In this document: in pieces, positions 55,101 to 59,633 of the stretch
Position numbering within the stretch: position 1 is the first letter of the stretch
Layout: every line of letters begins with the position of its first letter
Origin: a virus
Lineage: Duplodnaviria; Caudoviricetes
IMG/VR virus record: IMGVR_UViG_3300032323_001198
Coordinates: 1-59,633 of that record
Length of the DNA: 59,633 bases
Direction: 5' to 3' (one strand)
Translations under genes and position numbers: made by a program
Notes under the pieces: generated by a model
Database searches by the model: none
The model's input: the letters and a program-made list of their open reading frames with translations, nothing else
What the model was told of the DNA's origin: nothing

Positions 55101-56905
55101 AAATATTTGGACCTCCGGTTAACGCATATAACCCCGGTCAAGAAGTACAAGAACGTGGAGTGGGTCGTGTATTCTATGTGACCACTGACCAATTTGGTAA
55201 CTTCTCAGTAGGTCCTTATTTTAGAGTTGACCAAGGTACTGGTACAGTTACTTTTGCTGCTTCTATTGCATTAAGTAATCTAGATGGTTTAGGTTTCAAA
55301 CGAGGCGTTCCTATCAGTGAATTCTCTACTGATTCTGGAATGTCTGACAATGCCACTGACAGTGTGCCAACAGAAAATGCCACTAGAACTTATATAGATA
55401 GACGTTTGGGTATTTCGCATACTGGGGCTATAATACCAAATACTACATTAATTCCGTCTATATCAGGCGGCTTTATGAGTTTAGATGGTCAGTTGTCCAT
55501 GAAGGCTAACATGGACATTGGTGATTTCAAAATTACCAATGTAGGTGATGCAACTACTCCTAAAGATGCAATTAATTTAAGAAGCATGACGTTTGCAAAC
55601 TTCCAAGATGCTGATTTAAGCAATGTGAAGGCTGCGGACATATTAACGTTTACAGGTGCTGGTAATATTGTACAAAACTCTACAGTAGTCGGAGATATTA
55701 GTTTTAATATTGATAGTACTGCTAATACTGTAGATGCACAGATTGTTCCTGGAGTAATAACCAATACTGATATCAATGCAGCGGCGGCTATAGTTCAAAG
55801 CAAACTGTCTATGACTGCTGCTTCGACTAGAGCCAATGCCACCGGTATTACACAGGCAGATCGAGGATTATCTAGTTTTGACGATGCACAATTCACTGCC
55901 ACAAATGGCTGGATTACTGTTAAAAATAATGGACTGACTTTAGATAAACTAGCACAGATCGCTACTAAAACTGTAGTTGGTAATGCATCGTTGGCTGCTG
56001 CCGATCCAGCAGCCGTAGCATTTACTACTGTGGTCAATGATGGCGGTGCTGTTAAGAAATCACAGTACAATACAGGCACTGGTTATCTACGTAGAATTGG
56101 TTTTACTGCTACCCAAGACACTGATTACACTGTGGTAGACGAAGCGTCTGCCAACGTGATCAGCACATTGGTCAAGCGTGACAGCAACGGAGACTTTGGC
56201 GCTAGAAATGTCAGTGTTGAAAGACTGTTAGTTGATACTAAGATAGTGCTAGATACCACAACTAGTGCTACTGGCGGATATACTCAAGTTCACGGTTTCA
56301 ACAGTCAGGTTGGTATATTAATCGGTGACGGTTCGCTGGCCACTGACAAGAGAAACTTTTATGACAATGACGGTCATACTTTCCGTACACAGAATGGTCT
56401 AAGCAATGCTCCTATTGTGTGTTCATCTGTAACTGCTACTACATTAACTACTGGTGGTACTACTACTGTAGGTAATATTACTGGCGACTGGCGCTTAGGT
56501 GCTGGAAGTAAATGGCAGGCTACCTATGCAGACTTGGCCGAATATTACGAAGGCGATAAGATCTACGAAGTCGGAACAGTGTTAATTTTTGGAGGAGAGC
56601 GAGAAGTTACTACTGGAACCATTCGTGGAGATCATCGTGTGGCAGGTGTTGTATCAGAACATGCTGCATTCATCATGAATGAGGGCTGCCAAGGAAACAA
56701 AGTTCTTATAGCATTACAAGGGCGTGTTCCTGCTCGAGTCGTAGGAAAAATTAAAAAGGGAGACCTAATTATCACTTCAGGAATTCCAGGAGTTGGTGTT
56801 TCAGCAAGCGGCGAGGCTCGCGCTGGAACAATCATAGGTAAAGCATTAGTAGACTATGATTCAGATCACATTGGCACTATTGAAGTGGCCGTAGGAAGAA
56901 CATAA
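49160..56905 (+). CDS. Very large baseplate/tail-fibre protein (2581 aa)
   Basis: DGTGDSIRDSFRKVNDNFRELY N-terminus (T4 gp9/gp10-like); repeated C.RDVGLIID and HG beta modules; C-terminal ADLAEYY...GRVP...IIGKA chaperone/autocleavage-like domain. Confidence 0.85.
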   Translation: MARKIIDIGVVGNDGTGDSIRDSFRKVNDNFRELYSSLGLGENLTFIGLDDTPGSYQGQNDPDTGNTPVVTINNNASGIQFKKIMAGSGIALDFTTNPNEITISSEFSQVVGDSSPQLGGDLSARSGGQQHRIIDLGTNTSPLLPAYEHEATSKGYVDTKISKAGTNAIDPRTGQNDTSFGVMTGPLILARDPLPDDDTVYDGLIAATKRYVDNAAFGSSVNLYVATSGEDERIGVSPEIQGRALAYAYRSLEAALKRAEEIMLESRLEIGPYKKILTYNNGVNECTLELIDDAPSAGAGFSGQVLMSVDTITVSYTGVNYLPGDIITLAGGTFIEPARYEVLSTTDTPGGVLTVRQLSSGVYTTLPGSTLVDTTSDSAIPHPDLADRVKFNITYKVNNVQVISGGTGYGLVSVRIVGGGGSGSFGTADVNGGIVQSITITDQGSGFVSLPVVQVSLPRFYLKTEGQRTDFTGDVLTSTPEAVRTRDLREGLFLRGETSGALAQILSHSGELDSGGREIFDVDIKFGAFEIGEVIAYGDVARDTNITVLVESGIYYENLPLRVPINTSIVGDEFRRCIVRPKPGISSSPWAFLKFRRDLTIGEEGIDQITIADRLFGWHYLTDSSQPVYPLINNKGFYRSAAQLLVLNRFFLQKEVVGWIQNQITNNIAPFTSSFTYSSSTCERDVGLLIDAMVFDLRYGSSDRTVSAALKYYSNASGLIAIGAQLDETKAAIRRLGVLAQAVIRNVEITERYQQTFPQIVDGAYIAETGAGGTSFNINGASISDPVVITTLATHGLINGDNIIIDDVGGMTEINGNDYFVSVLTPNAFRLYNDSGLTDGVDGTNFSSYTTGGTAYNNGGVIGALINVIIDVIDESGPGLGSVNTPKNNDQMDVFLCNDAVRFQAITCQGHGGFFMVLDPAGQILAKSPYAQECASFSKSTGRQTFAGGQFIDGFTGNIKFELLGKRELGVSGMISGRQYTIKTVGTTNFTALGATDNNLGTVFRYNGVLTSGTGIVEDNSFLYVSGLDRFPQLPASFIVADTVYRINYVRDYTFSVTGSTASFVLDEATPWPFGVFSYDESICFRDVGLIIDSLSYDIVFSTNYNQRKAGLTYRQANAQVVIDDQLELTARAISLAHDLAIEALSGYPAAQSVAETSQLVLDNIIRNGVTFAPTLSFTSPPGLPSNRVNAKGLLIPNIDYIIDETVGWIASQVASNISPFSTSYTYGQDRFRSNLQYHIEALIYDITYGGNSQTRLEGIRYWDGVGSAVSLQIPAGEQAQTAAALNYARYLIKQVILNLPPAVSYSATPRITGTASDITIQNEIEVLFAEISYVLVNGVSVAATEVLPDLNAYAYSTSLKTARTTLLAEKLDIQNGVIDFVDANANIYEVLMPGNRSMLGNDFTQINDLGYGVVTTNGGLAEEVSMFTYYCHISYYAVNGGQIRSVGGSSAHGNFALVAEGADPLEVPTPVTLYHELAQGATVYAPSPTYFNSLNGLILYVNNYSYAPLDRGELEVDHGLGSIYRYPIATAETGGDLPAGVCKLSLQSSEGAGIEGLAAVIADGSLVTIRQGTQTVLTGDVVDVAVRPSTGMVLRESPTVYRILQFDEYQDPAGSRTFTINIGSPAVITRASHGLQPDYQISLVTTGSLPTGVNQVSIYYVLADGFTANSFRISETKRGTPISTSGTQSGVHSYFVEGLARTTLRENYNYVDLSIWPSQPYLISSQICTVSIASPAVVTLAGHGFIANDVVRFETNGSLPSGIISGAHYFVKTVLDPNTFTVTRESISGSVAIDTTGSQSGTHSVGRVVGTGRGSSRNASTLTSSHNGIQYEILTTGTFDFTLIGASSNTVGQIFTKTGTASTGTGTLREVGNSTFAVVPLGGDEKERVLNSLLIWKGIEYEIVAYNDENITGQAYATITLNQRLVDSVIYFTALPSLKSAVPKDEPGTLTIRIGLTRVTSHDLLDIGTGSYADTNYPNEIFGPPVNAYNPGQEVQERGVGRVFYVTTDQFGNFSVGPYFRVDQGTGTVTFAASIALSNLDGLGFKRGVPISEFSTDSGMSDNATDSVPTENATRTYIDRRLGISHTGAIIPNTTLIPSISGGFMSLDGQLSMKANMDIGDFKITNVGDATTPKDAINLRSMTFANFQDADLSNVKAADILTFTGAGNIVQNSTVVGDISFNIDSTANTVDAQIVPGVITNTDINAAAAIVQSKLSMTAASTRANATGITQADRGLSSFDDAQFTATNGWITVKNNGLTLDKLAQIATKTVVGNASLAAADPAAVAFTTVVNDGGAVKKSQYNTGTGYLRRIGFTATQDTDYTVVDEASANVISTLVKRDSNGDFGARNVSVERLLVDTKIVLDTTTSATGGYTQVHGFNSQVGILIGDGSLATDKRNFYDNDGHTFRTQNGLSNAPIVCSSVTATTLTTGGTTTVGNITGDWRLGAGSKWQATYADLAEYYEGDKIYEVGTVLIFGGEREVTTGTIRGDHRVAGVVSEHAAFIMNEGCQGNKVLIALQGRVPARVVGKIKKGDLIITSGIPGVGVSASGEARAGTIIGKALVDYDSDHIGTIEVAVGRT

Positions 56906-58521
56906 TGGCAAAACAAATAATCAATTCAGGTAGTCCTCCGATTGTATGGAGTACCGTAGAAGAAGCCTTCCAGGCTATTAATAACAACTTTACAGAACTT
57001 TATCTAACTGTTGCTGGAGGACCTGGAACCGTTGTTGACCTTACTGATCTTGGTACTAGTCTAATACCAAGAAACACAGAAATCTACGATCTTGGATCTT
57101 CTAGTAAACGTTGGAACGATCTGTATCTTAGTGGTAACAGTATCTATCTCGGTAATGCTGTTATTACTGCTACCGGCAGTGCAGTAAATCTTCCAGCAGG
57201 CACAACTATAAACGGAAACAATGTTGATTCTGAATATTTTAGAGAAATTGCAGTAGCAGGACAAAACAATCTTGTTGCTGAACCAGGCGGTTCAGACATA
57301 TTAAATGTAGCAGCAGGTTCTGGAATTACAATTACTACTAACGAAAGCACTGATACACTGACCATTGCTAACAACGGAGTGATCGATATCACTGCTGGTA
57401 GCGGCATGTTAGTATCGGGTACAGGCACTAAAACTGTGTCCAATGACGGTGTATTGGATCTTTCTTCTGGTGCTGGTATTTCTATTACTGGTACTAAATC
57501 AAATTATTCTATTGCTAATACTGGAGTACTGGCAGTTACTACGTTTGGCGGTTCTGGTATTACAATTAATAATCCTAGTCCAGGAACTTATGAAATAGTT
57601 AACGCTGCTCCTAACATCAATCAAAACGTATTTAGAGATGTGGCTGTATCAGGACAAAGTACATTAGTAGCCGATGGCGCACAAGACATATTGACATTTG
57701 CCAATGGTACTGGTATATCTATTACTACCACTGAACTCACTGACACTGTTACTATTACTAATACTGGTGTTACAGGACTAGCAGGTGGTACAGGAATATC
57801 TGTAAGCGGACCTAACGGGTCAGTGACAATTACCAATGACGGTGTTACTGGTCTTACTGCAGGATCCGGAATCAGTATTTCTGGTTCTACAGGATCTGTG
57901 ACTGTTACAAACACTAGGTTTGGTTTCCAAAACTTTGCAGTATCAGGAAATCTTAATCCTATACAAGCAGATAATTCTTCTGACACATTTACATTTGTGC
58001 CAGGTGAAGGTGTTGTGCTAATAACTAATCCCAGCAACGACAGCCTAGAAGTTAATGTTTCTTATCTAGTAGGTAATGTCTATGGTGAAGATTCATCTGT
58101 TTTAGTTAATGCTACATTAGGTCAAATTACAGGACCTATCAATTCATTTGATGGCGGAAACAGTATTAGTATGACTGTTGGTGGAGTAATTATAGGCGGT
58201 ACTGCCGGAGCACAAATTATAGGTGCTGCAGGCGCACCTATATATTTAGGTGGTGGTACTAGTGGAGGCACTAGCGGCGACATTTATATAGGCAATGGAA
58301 CTAATAGGACTTTATTTGTCAGTAATGTTATTGACACAGACGATTCATCAGCGTTGATATTTGAACCTCCTGTGACTTTTAACACTAACATTTCTGTAGA
58401 AGGTGATATATCTGTGCTAGGTGTAATCAACGGTTACATTAGTACTTCAACACTAAAATCTATAGTAGCAGCCAGTACAGACTTTGCGGATTTCAAAACT
58501 AAAATAGCAGCATTAGCATAA
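56905..58521 (+). CDS. Tail fibre protein
   Basis: AF..IN.NFTELY N-terminus, YDLGSSSKRW, repeated NTGV..AG.GI.I units. Confidence 0.85.
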   Translation: MAKQIINSGSPPIVWSTVEEAFQAINNNFTELYLTVAGGPGTVVDLTDLGTSLIPRNTEIYDLGSSSKRWNDLYLSGNSIYLGNAVITATGSAVNLPAGTTINGNNVDSEYFREIAVAGQNNLVAEPGGSDILNVAAGSGITITTNESTDTLTIANNGVIDITAGSGMLVSGTGTKTVSNDGVLDLSSGAGISITGTKSNYSIANTGVLAVTTFGGSGITINNPSPGTYEIVNAAPNINQNVFRDVAVSGQSTLVADGAQDILTFANGTGISITTTELTDTVTITNTGVTGLAGGTGISVSGPNGSVTITNDGVTGLTAGSGISISGSTGSVTVTNTRFGFQNFAVSGNLNPIQADNSSDTFTFVPGEGVVLITNPSNDSLEVNVSYLVGNVYGEDSSVLVNATLGQITGPINSFDGGNSISMTVGGVIIGGTAGAQIIGAAGAPIYLGGGTSGGTSGDIYIGNGTNRTLFVSNVIDTDDSSALIFEPPVTFNTNISVEGDISVLGVINGYISTSTLKSIVAASTDFADFKTKIAALA

Positions 58522-58532
58522 CGGAGCGATAA

Positions 58533-59633
58533 ATGACAAAACAAACAATTAATGTAGGTGCAACACCTAACGATAGATCGGGAGATAGTCTACGATCAGC
58601 GTTCCAAAAAATCAATGCTAACTTTACAGAACTGTATACAGAATTAGGTTTAAACGATAATAATTTAAATCTAGGCGCATTTGAGTTCAACGGTAGTACT
58701 ATGAGTACTACTGACAGCAGTGCAATTACCATCGATCAAGCAACTACCATAACCAGCAACTTGACTGTGGGTGGGGATATATTACCCAGCACAAACTTAG
58801 GTGGAAACCTTGGTAGTCCCACTCAAATGTGGAAGAGTTTGTATGTCAGCAACAACACCATATTCATTAACAACATTCCATTAAGTATTACTGATCAAGG
58901 TCAACTGATTATTGACGGTGATGTATTTACAGGCGGTGGTGAGCCAGGCCCACAAGGACCTGCTGGACCAACAGGTGCTACAGGACCGCAAGGACCACAA
59001 GGTATTCAAGGAATACAAGGCGCGACTGGCGCACAAGGCGCTACAGGCGCAAAAGGCGATAAAGGCGATACTGGAGATCAAGGACCAACAGGTGCTACTG
59101 GACCACAGGGAGCCACAGGCGCACAAGGCGCTACGGGATTACAAGGACCTACAGGGGCCACTGGAGCACAAGGACCAGTTGGACCTACAGGACCACAAGG
59201 AGATACAGGACCGGCTGGTCCTACAGGTTCTACTGGTGCTACAGGTGCTGCGGGAACACCTGGCGCAACAGGACCCGCAGGAGCAACAGGCGCACAGGGA
59301 GCCACAGGGCCTGCTGGCGCACAAGGTGCTCCTGGAGCAAAAGGTGATAAAGGTGATACTGGCGCACAGGGTGTTTCAGTAACACTACAAGGTACTAAAG
59401 CATTAATAGCAGACTTACCAACCCCTGGCGTTGGAGACGACTTTGCCGGACATGGTTGGATTGTCACAGAAGGTGGCGGCGACCTATGGTTCTGGAACTT
59501 AACAGACCAAGAATGGAATAATGTAGGGCCTATCGTTGGTCCACAAGGCGATCAAGGCCCACAGGGCGAAACAGGAAGTACTGGCGCACAAGGCCCACAG
59601 GGAGATCCTGGACCAGCAGGTGCTGATGGAGCA
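58533..59633 (+). CDS. Collagen-repeat tail fibre protein (runs off window)
   Basis: GGAG SD; [35 protein letters not shown]; open to window end; missed by ORF track because it has no stop. Confidence 0.9.
   Translation, partial: MTKQTINVGATPNDRSGDSLRSAFQKINANFTELYTELGLNDNNLNLGAFEFNGSTMSTTDSSAITIDQATTITSNLTVGGDILPSTNLGGNLGSPTQMWKSLYVSNNTIFINNIPLSITDQGQLIIDGDVFTGGGEPGPQGPAGPTGATGPQGPQGIQGIQGATGAQGATGAKGDKGDTGDQGPTGATGPQGATGAQGATGLQGPTGATGAQGPVGPTGPQGDTGPAGPTGSTGATGAAGTPGATGPAGATGAQGATGPAGAQGAPGAKGDKGDTGAQGVSVTLQGTKALIADLPTPGVGDDFAGHGWIVTEGGGDLWFWNLTDQEWNNVGPIVGPQGDQGPQGETGSTGAQGPQGDPGPAGADGA
58938..59376 (+). repeat. Collagen Gly-X-Y repeat block (~48 triplets)
   Basis: [18 protein letters not shown]...[10 protein letters not shown]; a second block starts near 59538. 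Confidence 0.92.

Noticed and set aside
58881-59467. ORFs 58881-59126(-), 58912-59382(+), 59078-59467(-) and 59139-59324(-)
   Set aside because: Alternative frames of the collagen repeat; the real CDS starts at 58533.
1-59633. Stop-codon reassignment
   Set aside because: TAG stops are rare, but genes are full length and tightly packed under code 11, and no suppressor tRNA is seen.

Overview
AT-rich segment of a large T4-like (Caudoviricetes) phage genome, probably infecting a Gram-negative proteobacterium (inferred from a proteobacterial-type IscU and KdsA). 1-5.5 kb is a tRNA array (17 tRNA genes with encoded CCA, one partial) interleaved with six structured non-tRNA RNAs and small ORFs. 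7.5-35.3 kb holds a tail-fibre-like gene followed by a dense, ~26 kb, alternating-strand tailoring-enzyme island: 8 radical SAM enzymes (one B12-dependent; a ninth lies at 37.3 kb), ~11 Fe/2OG/cupin oxygenase-like proteins, two amidinotransferases, a DegT/StrS aminotransferase, two SDRs, two degenerate kinase-fold proteins, a PRMT-like methyltransferase and a glycosyltransferase-like protein. Almost every unit starts a few nt after a T4-late-promoter-like NNTAAATA box. 35-49 kb has an anticodon-less tRNA-like RNA, thyX, queD, kdsA, uvsE, sod, iscU/iscA and hypothetical genes. 49-59.6 kb encodes large baseplate/tail-fibre proteins, the last with collagen repeats. The best candidate for a new system is the late-expressed, streptidine/aminoglycoside-like biosynthetic island, which may decorate virion proteins. 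That function is inference. All calls come from reading motifs by eye; no searches were run.
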